64,000 nucleotides of DNA. Origin: Minisyncoccota bacterium. GTDB lineage: Bacteria > Patescibacteriota > Minisyncoccia > Phycocordibacterales > UBA9973. The DNA lies in assembly GCA_035353995.1 (NCBI GenBank), contig DAOQAL010000002.1, positions 28,729-92,728 of the forward strand. The letters run 5' to 3'. Positions 51,269-60,434 of the stretch are shown piece after piece. How positions within the stretch are numbered: position 1 is the first letter of the stretch; the number at the start of each line of letters is the position of its first letter. The translations under genes and the position numbers were made by a program. The notes beneath the pieces were generated by a model. It searched no databases, had not been told where the DNA came from, and saw only the letters and a list, made by a program, of their open reading frames with translations.

Positions 51269-52912
51269 ATGAACTCGAATGAAATCAGACAAAAGTTTTT
51301 AAGTTTTTTTGAGAACAAAGGACATAAAATAATTTCTTCATCTTCTCTTATACCTGAAAATGATCCATCAGTGCTTTTTACTACTGCTGGTATGCAACAA
51401 TTTAAAAAATATTACATAGATCCAGAATTGGCAGAAAAAGAACTTGGAAGTAAAAATGTTGTAACTGTGCAAAAATGTGTCAGGACTGGTGACATAGATG
51501 AAGTTGGTGATAATTCGCATTTAACATTTTTTGAAATGCTAGGTAATTTTTCTTTTGGTGGTTATGGAAGAAAGGAAGCTATAGAATATGCTTACGAATT
51601 TATTACAAAAGAAATGAATTTAGATATTTCTTATGTAACTTGCTATAAAGGAGAAGGAATTGTTCCAAAAGATTCTGAGTCTGAAAAAGTTTGGCAAGAG
51701 CTCGGATTGAAAGATATTAGGGAAGAGGGATCTGATGTTTTTTGGGGACCAACTGGAGATTCTGGTCCTTGTGGCCCTACTACGGAAATTTATTGTAAGA
51801 ATGCGTCTGGAGAAGATGTAGAAATTTGGAATATAGTTTTTAATGAATATTTTTGTAATGGTTCACGGGAGAAATTAGATAAAGGTGAAGCCGAATTAAA
51901 AAAATTACCAGTTTTAGGAATTGATACTGGAATGGGTTTTGAAAGACTTGTTTCTATAGTTCAGAATAAAAAAAGCGTTTACTATACTGATTTATTTGAA
52001 GGTGAAAATACAAGAGAAGAAAGAGTTGTTTCTGATCATATTAAAGCATCTATGTTTTTAATTTCTGATGGTGTTGTTGCTTCTAATACTGGAGCAGGGT
52101 ATGTTCTTCGCAGATTGATTAGAAGAGCTGTAAGATTTACAAAAGAACCACTAAAAAATAGAATAGAAAAAGTAAAAAATTTATACAAAGGAATTTATGA
52201 TTTAGATGAAAAAGGAGAAATAGAAAAAGAAGCAGAAAAATTTAAATTAACGCTAGAACATGGTTTGAAAGAATTTGAAAAAGGTATTGATCCTTTTATT
52301 CTAGCTACCACTTATGGTTTTCCTATTGAACTTACAGAGGAATTGGCAAAAGAAAAGGGAATAAAAATAAATTTGGAAGATTTTAATAAAAAAATGGCAG
52401 AGCATCAAAAGCTTTCTCAAACAGCTTCAGCTGGAATGTTTAAAGGAGGACTAGCTAGTCATTCTGAAAAAGCTACTAAATTACACACAGCACATCACTT
52501 GCTTTTGTCTGCTTTACAAAAAGTTGTTAATCCAGAAATACATCAAAGGGGAAGTAATATTACAGATGAAAGATTGAGAATAGATTTTATTTGTGATCAT
52601 AAATTAACGGAAGAAGAAAAGAAAAATGTTGAAGATCTAGTAAATGAAAAGATTAAGAGTGATTTAAATGTAATCAAAAAAGAAATGCCACTTTCTGAAG
52701 CCCAAAAGACAGGAGCAGAAATGGAATTTGGTGCAAAGTATCCAGAAATAGTTACAGTTTATTTTATTGAAGATAAAAATGGTAATGTTTTTTCGAAAGA
52801 ATTTTGTGGAGGACCACACGTTTTGCATACTGGTGAATTAGGAATATTCAAAATAATAAAAGAAGAAGCCGTATCTGCTGGTATTAGGAGAATAAAAGCT
52901 ACACTTATATAA
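51269..52912 (+). CDS. alaS: alanine--tRNA ligase (short form)
   Basis: FTTAGMQ, HLTFFEMLGNFSFG, DTGMGFER, editing motifs HTAHH and FCGGPH; ends at GIRRIKA. Confidence 0.92.
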   Translation: MNSNEIRQKFLSFFENKGHKIISSSSLIPENDPSVLFTTAGMQQFKKYYIDPELAEKELGSKNVVTVQKCVRTGDIDEVGDNSHLTFFEMLGNFSFGGYGRKEAIEYAYEFITKEMNLDISYVTCYKGEGIVPKDSESEKVWQELGLKDIREEGSDVFWGPTGDSGPCGPTTEIYCKNASGEDVEIWNIVFNEYFCNGSREKLDKGEAELKKLPVLGIDTGMGFERLVSIVQNKKSVYYTDLFEGENTREERVVSDHIKASMFLISDGVVASNTGAGYVLRRLIRRAVRFTKEPLKNRIEKVKNLYKGIYDLDEKGEIEKEAEKFKLTLEHGLKEFEKGIDPFILATTYGFPIELTEELAKEKGIKINLEDFNKKMAEHQKLSQTASAGMFKGGLASHSEKATKLHTAHHLLLSALQKVVNPEIHQRGSNITDERLRIDFICDHKLTEEEKKNVEDLVNEKIKSDLNVIKKEMPLSEAQKTGAEMEFGAKYPEIVTVYFIEDKNGNVFSKEFCGGPHVLHTGELGIFKIIKEEAVSAGIRRIKATLI

Positions 52913-52938
52913 TTTTTTTATGATATAATAAAACGAGT

Positions 52939-54117
52939 ATGGGAATTTTTTCAAGCTCGAAAAACAAAGATGAACTAGCATTAGTCTTTGATATCGGCTC
53001 TTCTTCAATTGGTGGGGCTCTTTTTTTGATTCAAAAAAATGGAGTCCCAAAAATAATCTATTCAATTCGAGAGCCTATAACACTTGAAAAGACAATAAGT
53101 TTTGATAGATTTTTATCTTTAACTTTAAAATCCCTTGAAGCTGTAGCAACTAAAATTGGAAAAACAGGGTTAGGAGCACCGAAAGAAACTTTCTGTGTTC
53201 TTTCTTCGCCTTGGTATGCATCGCAAACAAGAAGTATATTGCTTAAAAAAGATACACCATTTATTTTTAATTCAAAACTTGCTGATAGTCTAATTCAAAA
53301 AGAAATACTTTCTTTCGAGGCAGATTGCAAAGAAAAATATACAAGCAATGGAGAAAAAGTTGTTCCTATTGAATTAAAAAATATGCAGATATTGTTAAAT
53401 GGATATCCTACACAAAAGCCACTTGATCAAAAAGCTTCAGAACTTGAAATGACAGTTTTTGTTTCTATGGGTACTGAATCAGTTTTAGAAAAAATAAAAG
53501 AAGTTATAGGAAAACATTTTTATCATAAAAATATAAAATTCTCTTCATTTATTATGTCCTCTTTTGCAGTTGCAAGAGATATTTTTGTTCACCAAGATAA
53601 TTTTCTTTTAATTGATATCGGTGGAGAAGTTACAGATATTTCTATGATTAAAAAAGACATACTGCGTTCATCTGTTTCTTTTCCATTTGGTAAAAACTTT
53701 TTAATTCGTGGAGTTGCATCTATTTTGGATTGTTCTCTTGATGAAGCTATTTCATATATATCTCTATACAAAGATGGTCATATTGCAGATTCTTCTCTCA
53801 AAAAAATAGAACCAATAATAAATAAATTAAAAAATGAATGGCTTACAAAATTTCAAGAATCTTTAGTTAAACTATCAAATGATATTTCTATTCCATCTAC
53901 AATTTTCTTAACCGTAACTCCTGAATTGGCAAATTTCTTCACAGAAACAATAAAATCTGAGCAGTTCAACCAATACACATTAACAGAATCAAAATTTAAA
54001 GTTGTTTTTCTTGGCTCGCAGGCACTTCATGGTGTAGCTTTAATAAAAGATGATATTGTACATGATTCATTTTTAATAATAGAATCAATTTATATTAGTC
54101 GTTTTCTTCACAAATAA
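52939..54117 (+). CDS. FtsA/actin-like ATPase-fold protein (divergent)
   Basis: FDIGSSSI and IDIGGEVTDIS phosphate-loop motifs. Confidence 0.65.
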   Translation: MGIFSSSKNKDELALVFDIGSSSIGGALFLIQKNGVPKIIYSIREPITLEKTISFDRFLSLTLKSLEAVATKIGKTGLGAPKETFCVLSSPWYASQTRSILLKKDTPFIFNSKLADSLIQKEILSFEADCKEKYTSNGEKVVPIELKNMQILLNGYPTQKPLDQKASELEMTVFVSMGTESVLEKIKEVIGKHFYHKNIKFSSFIMSSFAVARDIFVHQDNFLLIDIGGEVTDISMIKKDILRSSVSFPFGKNFLIRGVASILDCSLDEAISYISLYKDGHIADSSLKKIEPIINKLKNEWLTKFQESLVKLSNDISIPSTIFLTVTPELANFFTETIKSEQFNQYTLTESKFKVVFLGSQALHGVALIKDDIVHDSFLIIESIYISRFLHK

Positions 54118-54121
54118 AATT

Positions 54122-55462
54122 ATGGCAAAAATATTACAAGACATGGTAAAAGTAAAAAGAGCAGGTGGTTTCAAAGAGAAAAATGTTGAGCCAAAAGTTC
54201 AAAAAGACATTTACCAAAATAAACAAAATGTAAAAAGCGAAAAAGAAAAAAAGGAATTTCGTGATTCTTATTTTAACAAAAAATTTACATCTGTTTATGA
54301 CAATTTTGATGATAAAAAAGACAAAGGTGGCCAAAAATATGGGCTTTGGTTTGTTGCATTAATTTCTATTGTTGTATTATTTTTTGCAGTATCATTTTTG
54401 TTTTCTAGTGCACAAATAACTATTAATCCGAAAACGAAAGATGTTTTTTTGAATAAAAATTTTTCAGCATCAAAATCATTGAAGGATGATTATCTATTAT
54501 ATAATTCTGTAATTATTCCTGGTGAAGAATCAAAAACAGTTAAAGCTGGTGAAGAAAAAGATTATGTTCAACCAGCAACTGGATCTGTTTTACTTTACAA
54601 TTCTTTTAGTACTTCTTCTCAAGATCTTTCAATTGATACAAGGTTAGAAGGTTCAAATGGAAAAATTTATAAAACAAAATCAAAAGTAACTATTCCTGGA
54701 ATGACAAAAAGTGGAACACCAGGGAAAATAAGTGTTGATATTTACGCATCAGAACCTGGCGAAGAATATAATAGTTCACCATTAGATTTTAAAATTTTAG
54801 GGTTTAAGGGTACGTCAAAATATTCAAAATTCTATGGTAGGTCTGTTGGAGAAATAGCTGGAGGTTTAAAAGGAAAGGCTAGACAATTAAGTGATGAAGA
54901 AAAAGAAAAAGCTATAAACAGCTTAAAAGATACTCTTTTAGAAAAACTTTTTAAAAAAGCAAAAGATCAAACGCCAGAGGATTTTGTTTTCTTTAAAAAT
55001 GCTAATTTTTTAAATATTGAGGAACAAAAAATAGGTGCAACATCAAAAGATGGTGATGTTACAATAACAATAAAAGGAACATTTTATGGACTTTTGTTTA
55101 ACAAAGAGGAAATATCAAAAAAAATAACAGATTCTGTATTGAATGATGAAGAAAAAGGAAATGATATATATATATCAAATATTTCTAATTTAGATTTTTC
55201 TGTTGAAAATAAAGATATACTGTTATTTACAGAAGCAACAGAAATGAATTTCAAACTAAAAGGTGATATGAAAATTGTTTGGAATGTTGATTCTTCACAA
55301 ATAATATTGGATGTATTGGGAAAAAGTAAAAAACAATTTAGCCAAATATTATCTGAATATACAAACATCGAATCAGCTGATTTGGTTGTAAAACCTATAT
55401 GGAAAAGATCTTTTCCAGAAAAAACAAAAGATATAAAAGTAAAAATCAATTATCCAGAATAA
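54122..55462 (+). CDS. membrane-anchored hypothetical protein (baseplate-J-like beta domain)
   Basis: Single TM, then ATGSVLLYN..TRL..TIPG..ASEPGEEYN..IAGG. Confidence 0.6.
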   Translation: MAKILQDMVKVKRAGGFKEKNVEPKVQKDIYQNKQNVKSEKEKKEFRDSYFNKKFTSVYDNFDDKKDKGGQKYGLWFVALISIVVLFFAVSFLFSSAQITINPKTKDVFLNKNFSASKSLKDDYLLYNSVIIPGEESKTVKAGEEKDYVQPATGSVLLYNSFSTSSQDLSIDTRLEGSNGKIYKTKSKVTIPGMTKSGTPGKISVDIYASEPGEEYNSSPLDFKILGFKGTSKYSKFYGRSVGEIAGGLKGKARQLSDEEKEKAINSLKDTLLEKLFKKAKDQTPEDFVFFKNANFLNIEEQKIGATSKDGDVTITIKGTFYGLLFNKEEISKKITDSVLNDEEKGNDIYISNISNLDFSVENKDILLFTEATEMNFKLKGDMKIVWNVDSSQIILDVLGKSKKQFSQILSEYTNIESADLVVKPIWKRSFPEKTKDIKVKINYPE

Positions 55463-55543
55463 TTAATATATAAATTATAATAGTGTTATTAACAATAAGT
55501 ATATTGACCTTTTTCAAATACTTTGTTAGTATTAGCATACTAA

Positions 55544-55783
55544 ATGAGTGAAATAAAAAACGATAAAATATTAACCGCTAGAGGCATAATTACAGAAGCA
55601 TTGCCTAGTACTTTATTTAGAGTGAAACTTGAAAAAGAATCCGCTGACGTAGAAGAGAAAGAAATTTTGGCGTATCTATCTGGAAAAATGAGGATACACA
55701 GAATAAAAGTTTTAATAGGAGATTATGTCGAAGTTGTAATTGATCAATACGGCGGAAAGGGTAGAATTGTAAAAAGGTTGTAA
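55544..55783 (+). CDS. infA: translation initiation factor IF-1
   Basis: EALPSTLFRVKL..LAYLSGKMR..IKVLIGD. Confidence 0.93.
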   Translation: MSEIKNDKILTARGIITEALPSTLFRVKLEKESADVEEKEILAYLSGKMRIHRIKVLIGDYVEVVIDQYGGKGRIVKRL

Positions 55784-55885
55784 TTTTTTTAAAAATAGTG
55801 TATTATAGTAACCACAATTGATGGAATAGAGAAACACTGAAAAAATAAGGGTTATTCCCTTGTTTTTGAATTGTTATATAAAAAA

Positions 55886-55996
55886 ATGAAAATTAGATCA
55901 ACAGTTAAAAAGATTTGTGATAATTGTAAAATGGTAAAGCGTAAGAGACATTTGCGAGTTATTTGTACTAACCCAAAACATAAACAAAAACAATAA
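55886..55996 (+). CDS. rpmJ: 50S ribosomal protein L36 (Zn-ribbon type)
   Basis: Not in the ORF track; translates to [36 protein letters not shown]. Confidence 0.95.
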   Translation: MKIRSTVKKICDNCKMVKRKRHLRVICTNPKHKQKQ

Positions 55997-55998
55997 TT

Positions 55999-56379
55999 AT
56001 GAGAATACTTGGAATCACTGTGCCAAATGAAAAGAGATTAGAAATCGGACTTACTTGTGTCTATGGTGTTGGCATTTCATCTGCCAGAAAAATTTTGGAT
56101 CAAGTAGGAATTGATCGTGGCAAAAAAGCAAAAGATTTAACTTCTGATGAAGAAAACAAAATTAGAGCAATTATAGAAAGTATGAAGATAGAAGGTAACT
56201 TGAAAAGAGAAGTTGCTGCAAATATAAAAAGATTAAAAGATATAAAAACTTATCGAGGTATTCGTCATATGAAGAGATTGCCAGTTAGAGGTCAAAGAAC
56301 AAAAACAAATTCTAGGACTATAAGAGGCAATGTAAGAAAAACAATGGCTTCAGGTAAGAGAAAAGAAAGTAAGACATAG
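55999..56379 (+). CDS. rpsM: 30S ribosomal protein S13
   Basis: YRGIRH..LPVRGQRTKTNSRT. Confidence 0.97.
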   Translation: MRILGITVPNEKRLEIGLTCVYGVGISSARKILDQVGIDRGKKAKDLTSDEENKIRAIIESMKIEGNLKREVAANIKRLKDIKTYRGIRHMKRLPVRGQRTKTNSRTIRGNVRKTMASGKRKESKT

Positions 56380-56416
56380 TTTTGATTTGCTTAACTATAA
56401 ATAAAATTAATTTAAA

Positions 56417-56863
56417 ATGGGAAAAACAAAAATCACAACAGAATCATCAGAAGAAGTTATAAAAGATTCAAGCGCAGAGAATCAAAAAACTACTTCAACA
56501 AAAACTCCAAAGAAGAAAATTACTTCAGGTATCCTTTTTGTTGAAGCAACATTTAATAATACAAAAGTTCTTTTTGGAGACAAGGTAGGTAATACATTGT
56601 TTTGGTCAAGTGCTGGATCTTTAGGTTTTAGAGGTGCAAAAAAGGGAACTCCATTTGCAGCTTCAAAAGTTGGAGATCTTATTGGTATGAAAGCATTGGC
56701 TCTCGGAGTTAAAGATTCTGATGTCGTTGTAAAAGGCGTTGGATCAGGACGAGAACCAGCTATTAGAGCATTTATGGCTCATGGAATTGAAATTACATCT
56801 ATAAAAGACGCAACTCCAGTTCCTCACAATGGTCCGAAACCTAAAAAACCAAGAAGAGTATAA
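56417..56863 (+). CDS. rpsK: 30S ribosomal protein S11
   Basis: ATFNNT, KGTPFAA, DATPVPHNG. Confidence 0.97.
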   Translation: MGKTKITTESSEEVIKDSSAENQKTTSTKTPKKKITSGILFVEATFNNTKVLFGDKVGNTLFWSSAGSLGFRGAKKGTPFAASKVGDLIGMKALALGVKDSDVVVKGVGSGREPAIRAFMAHGIEITSIKDATPVPHNGPKPKKPRRV

Positions 56864-56885
56864 AAATTAAGAATTAAATTATTTT

Positions 56886-57491
56886 ATGATAACAAAACCA
56901 AAATTTAAAATTTGTAGAAGATTAGGACCAGGTGTTTATGACAAATGTCAAACAACCAAGTTTTCAACTACATCTGGTAAATTTGGCAATTCTAATTCAA
57001 AACGTCCAAAAGCACTTTCTGAATACGGAACTCAGCTTTTAGAAAAACAGAAAATTCGATTTTCTTATGGAATTTCAGAACGCCAACTTTCAAATTATGT
57101 TAAAAAGGCTTCCAATATTAAAGGAGCTGGAACTGCTATAAAATTTTATGAAGATCTTGAGTCTCGATTAGATAACGTAATTTATAGAATGGGTCTTGCT
57201 TCAAGTAGACGTGCTACACGTCAGATGGTTTCCCATGGACATTTTATTGTTAACAATAAAAAAGTTACGATTCCATCTTTTGAAACAAAACCAGGTGACA
57301 TAATCAAAATTCGTGAAGGTTCAAAAAATAAGAAAATTTTTGACAATATGGCTGAAAGATTAAAAGATTATTCAGCTCCATCATGGGTTTCTTTTGACCC
57401 TGTAAAAATGGAAGGAAAAATTTTGGCTAAGCCAAAAAATACTGAAACGTTTCTTGATTTAAACGCTGTGCTCGAATTTTACAGTCGTTAA
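56886..57491 (+). CDS. rpsD: 30S ribosomal protein S4
   Basis: SEYGTQLLEKQK, ESRLDNVIYR, RQMVSHGH, EFYSR. Confidence 0.97.
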   Translation: MITKPKFKICRRLGPGVYDKCQTTKFSTTSGKFGNSNSKRPKALSEYGTQLLEKQKIRFSYGISERQLSNYVKKASNIKGAGTAIKFYEDLESRLDNVIYRMGLASSRRATRQMVSHGHFIVNNKKVTIPSFETKPGDIIKIREGSKNKKIFDNMAERLKDYSAPSWVSFDPVKMEGKILAKPKNTETFLDLNAVLEFYSR

Positions 57492-57545
57492 ATTAATTTG
57501 AATTTGTTTTTTATTTATTATTAAATTAAATTTTTATATAAAAAT

Positions 57546-58514
57546 ATGTCTGAATATAAAATAATTATGCCTTCTAAACCGAGAATCGTACTAGAAGAGG
57601 GAAATAAAGGAGTATTTGAAATAGACGGACTATATTCTGGGTATGGACACACTCTTGGAAATAGTTTAAGAAGAATAATACTTTCTTCATTGCCTGGGGC
57701 AAGCGTTACTTCTATAAAAATAGAGGGTGTTTCCCACGAGTTTTCAGCTATGGATGGAATAAAAGAGGATGTTATTATTATGATTCTAAATATTAAGAAA
57801 ATCCGTTTTAAGATGTTATCTGACGAACCTCAAACAGTAAATCTTTCAATAAAAGGACCAAAAGTAGTAACAGCAGAAGACATAAAGATAAGTGGGCAAG
57901 TCGAAATTTTAAATCCTGATTTGTATATTGCTGAAGTTACTGGTAAAGTAAACTTGAATATAGAAATGAAGATAGAAAAAGGACTTGGTTTTATTTCAAA
58001 AGAATCTTTACAAAAAGAAAAAGTAGAGATTGGAACAATAGCAGTAGATGCTATCTTTTCTCCTATTCGTCGTGTTTCTTATGAAGTTGAAAATATGCGT
58101 GTTGGCGATAGAACTAACCACAATCGTTTAAGAATGTATATTGAAACAGATGGTACATTAACTCCACGTGAAGCTCTATCTCGTTCTATTGAAATAATGA
58201 TAAATCAATTAAAAGCAATAGTTGATTTTAAAGAACCAGAGGAAATAGTAGAAGAGAAAAAAATAGAAGTTGAAGAGAAAGATAAAGAAGAAAAAAAAGA
58301 AGATGATTTTACAGATGTTCTAAAAACAAGGACAGATAATTTAGATCTTTCAACAAGAACATTAAATGCATTAACTGCAGCAAATATCAGAACACTTGGA
58401 GGCCTTGCAAGAAAAAGAAGAGAAGATTTACTTGAAGTAGAAGGTATAGGAGAAAAAGGAATTAATGAAATCAAAAAAGTACTTAGTAAGTATGGTTTTA
58501 ATTTGAAAGAATAA
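57546..58514 (+). CDS. rpoA: RNA polymerase subunit alpha
   Basis: GYGHTLGNSLRRIILSSLPG, DAIFSPI, C-terminal LSTRTLNAL. Confidence 0.97.
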   Translation: MSEYKIIMPSKPRIVLEEGNKGVFEIDGLYSGYGHTLGNSLRRIILSSLPGASVTSIKIEGVSHEFSAMDGIKEDVIIMILNIKKIRFKMLSDEPQTVNLSIKGPKVVTAEDIKISGQVEILNPDLYIAEVTGKVNLNIEMKIEKGLGFISKESLQKEKVEIGTIAVDAIFSPIRRVSYEVENMRVGDRTNHNRLRMYIETDGTLTPREALSRSIEIMINQLKAIVDFKEPEEIVEEKKIEVEEKDKEEKKEDDFTDVLKTRTDNLDLSTRTLNALTAANIRTLGGLARKRREDLLEVEGIGEKGINEIKKVLSKYGFNLKE

Positions 58515-58528
58515 ATAATAGTAAAAAT

Positions 58529-58882
58529 ATGAGACATCACAATAACAAAAGAAAATTTGGAAGAGAAAAAAATCAGAGAAATGCATTGATGATATCTTTG
58601 GCATTGAATTTGATAGTAAGAGAAAAAATAAAAACTACTGAAATAAAAGCAAGAGAGCTTCGACCATTTATAGAAAAATTAGTCACAAAAGCAAAGAAAG
58701 ATAATTTAACTAATCGTAAATTAGTATCTTCAAGAGTATTAAACAGAAAGAAAGAAGTAAAAAAACTTTTTGAAAAAATAGCTCCTAAATATGCTGATAA
58801 GAATGGAGGATATACAAGAATTTTAAAACTTGGCGCTAGAAAGTCCGATGGTGCAAAGATGGCTATTATAGAATTTGTATAA
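58529..58882 (+). CDS. rplQ: 50S ribosomal protein L17
   Basis: MRHH, IKTT, GGYTRILK. Confidence 0.96.
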   Translation: MRHHNNKRKFGREKNQRNALMISLALNLIVREKIKTTEIKARELRPFIEKLVTKAKKDNLTNRKLVSSRVLNRKKEVKKLFEKIAPKYADKNGGYTRILKLGARKSDGAKMAIIEFV

Positions 58883-58893
58883 TATTTAAAAAT

Positions 58894-59262
58894 ATGAAAA
58901 AAGAAAATACAAAAAAAGAAGAAAAAATAATAGATGCGAGTGGTAGAACCTTAGGAAGAGTTGCAAGTGAAGTTGCTATGTCTTTAATGGGTAAAACAAA
59001 AGCTAGTTTTGAACGCAACGTTTATTCTGGTGTTCCAGTAAAGGTTATAAATGCATCAAAAATAAAAATTACATCCAAAAAATTGGATAGTATAGTTCAT
59101 AAAAGATATTCAGGTATTCCAGGAGGCCTTCGTATCATAAAAGGTACTGAAACAGTTGAAAAGAAAGGATTTGGTGAATTAGTTAAATTAGTTGTTTTCC
59201 AAATGTTACCTGATAATAAAATTAGAAAACAAATGATGGAAAAATTAACAATAGAAAAATAA
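58894..59262 (+). CDS. rplM: 50S ribosomal protein L13
   Basis: IDASGRTLGRVAS, VINA, YSGIPGGL, MLP. Confidence 0.93.
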   Translation: MKKENTKKEEKIIDASGRTLGRVASEVAMSLMGKTKASFERNVYSGVPVKVINASKIKITSKKLDSIVHKRYSGIPGGLRIIKGTETVEKKGFGELVKLVVFQMLPDNKIRKQMMEKLTIEK

Positions 59263-59291
59263 TTTTTAGCGCTACGGCGTAGATTAAAAAA

Positions 59292-59702
59292 ATGGAGAAA
59301 AAAACAACAAAAGAAAAATATATTGAAGCAATAGGAAGAAGAAAAACTTCAACTGCAAGAGTACGAATTACACCAAGCACTAAAGCAAGTTTTATTGTTA
59401 ATGGTAAAGATTCAAAAGAATATTTTAAAACAGAAGAAGAAAAACGTTTAGTTCAAGATCCAATAGCAAAAGGAAAACCAGGTAGCAAATGGACAGTAGA
59501 AGCAAAAGTTTCTGGTGGTGGAATACATTCTCAAGCTGAAGCTGTAAGACATGGACTTGCTAGAGCATTAGTTTTATCAGATCAAGAACTTAGAGGAAAA
59601 TTAAAAACATTGGGATATTTGAAACGTGATCCTAGGGCTAAGGAAAGAAGAAAATTCGGTCTTAAGAAAGCAAGAAAAGCTCCACAGTGGTCTAAAAGAT
59701 AA
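59292..59702 (+). CDS. rpsI: 30S ribosomal protein S9
   Basis: GRRKTSTARV, GGGIHSQA, RDPRAKERRKFGLKKARKAPQWSKR. Confidence 0.97.
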   Translation: MEKKTTKEKYIEAIGRRKTSTARVRITPSTKASFIVNGKDSKEYFKTEEEKRLVQDPIAKGKPGSKWTVEAKVSGGGIHSQAEAVRHGLARALVLSDQELRGKLKTLGYLKRDPRAKERRKFGLKKARKAPQWSKR

Positions 59703-59706
59703 AACA

Positions 59707-59734
59707 AAATCCCCCATATTTATAGGGGGATTTT
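59707..59734 (+). terminator. intrinsic terminator
   Basis: AAAATCCCCCAT...TAGGGGGATTTT hairpin. Confidence 0.65.
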
Positions 59735-59801
59735 GGTATCTATTAAAATATGTTAAAATAAAAGTATAAAGACATTTTAAAAGTTTTAAATTTTTAATTA
59801 A

Positions 59802-60434
59802 ATGGATGAAGAAGAATCAAAAAAAAATAAAAAAACAGATCCAATTTCAGTCGGAACTGATTCAGGAAAAGAAGAAAAAGACGAGTCAGAAGTTCTTGAA
59901 TTTGAATTTAATGAAGACGGGGAAGAAGATTTCAAAAAGACAATAAAGAAACTTCGAGCTGATTTAAAAAAGGCTAAAAAAGAAAAGGATGAGTATTTAA
60001 CAGGTTGGCAAAAAGAGCGAGCTGATTTTACTAATTACAAAAAACAAGAAGAAGACAGAAAAATAAATTTTTCAGAATCAATTCGTGAAAGAATCTTAAC
60101 AAGATTTTTGACAGTGACAGATAGTTTTAATATGGCTTTTAAAAACAAAGAAGTATGGGAAAAAGTAGATGAGAGTTGGAGAAAGGGAGTTGAATATATA
60201 TATTCTCAGATGAATACAATTTTTGAGGAATACGGAGTAAAACCAGTTGGTGAAGTAGGTGAAAGCTTTGACCATAATATTCATCATTCTATTGAAATGA
60301 TTCCGACTGATAAAAAAGAAGATGATCATAAAATTGCAGAAGTAATTCAAAAAGGTTACAAATTGGGCGATCGCGTTATTCGTGTCGCCAGGGTGAATGT
60401 TTTTGAATACAAAAATGACAAACCCGCAGAATAA
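59802..60434 (+). CDS. grpE: nucleotide exchange factor GrpE
   Basis: ADFTNYKK, FDHNIHHSI, QKGYKLGDRVIRVARV. Confidence 0.93.
   Translation: MDEEESKKNKKTDPISVGTDSGKEEKDESEVLEFEFNEDGEEDFKKTIKKLRADLKKAKKEKDEYLTGWQKERADFTNYKKQEEDRKINFSESIRERILTRFLTVTDSFNMAFKNKEVWEKVDESWRKGVEYIYSQMNTIFEEYGVKPVGEVGESFDHNIHHSIEMIPTDKKEDDHKIAEVIQKGYKLGDRVIRVARVNVFEYKNDKPAE

Noticed and set aside
54122-55462. Prophage (baseplate-J-like gene)
   Set aside because: No terminase, capsid, tail or integrase genes; it has a TM anchor and housekeeping neighbours.
55841-55867. Hairpin AAAAATAAGGG/CCCTTGTTTTT upstream of rpmJ as a ribosomal-protein regulatory RNA
   Set aside because: Short, AT-rich, with no recognisable S4-type leader; cannot be supported without comparative data.
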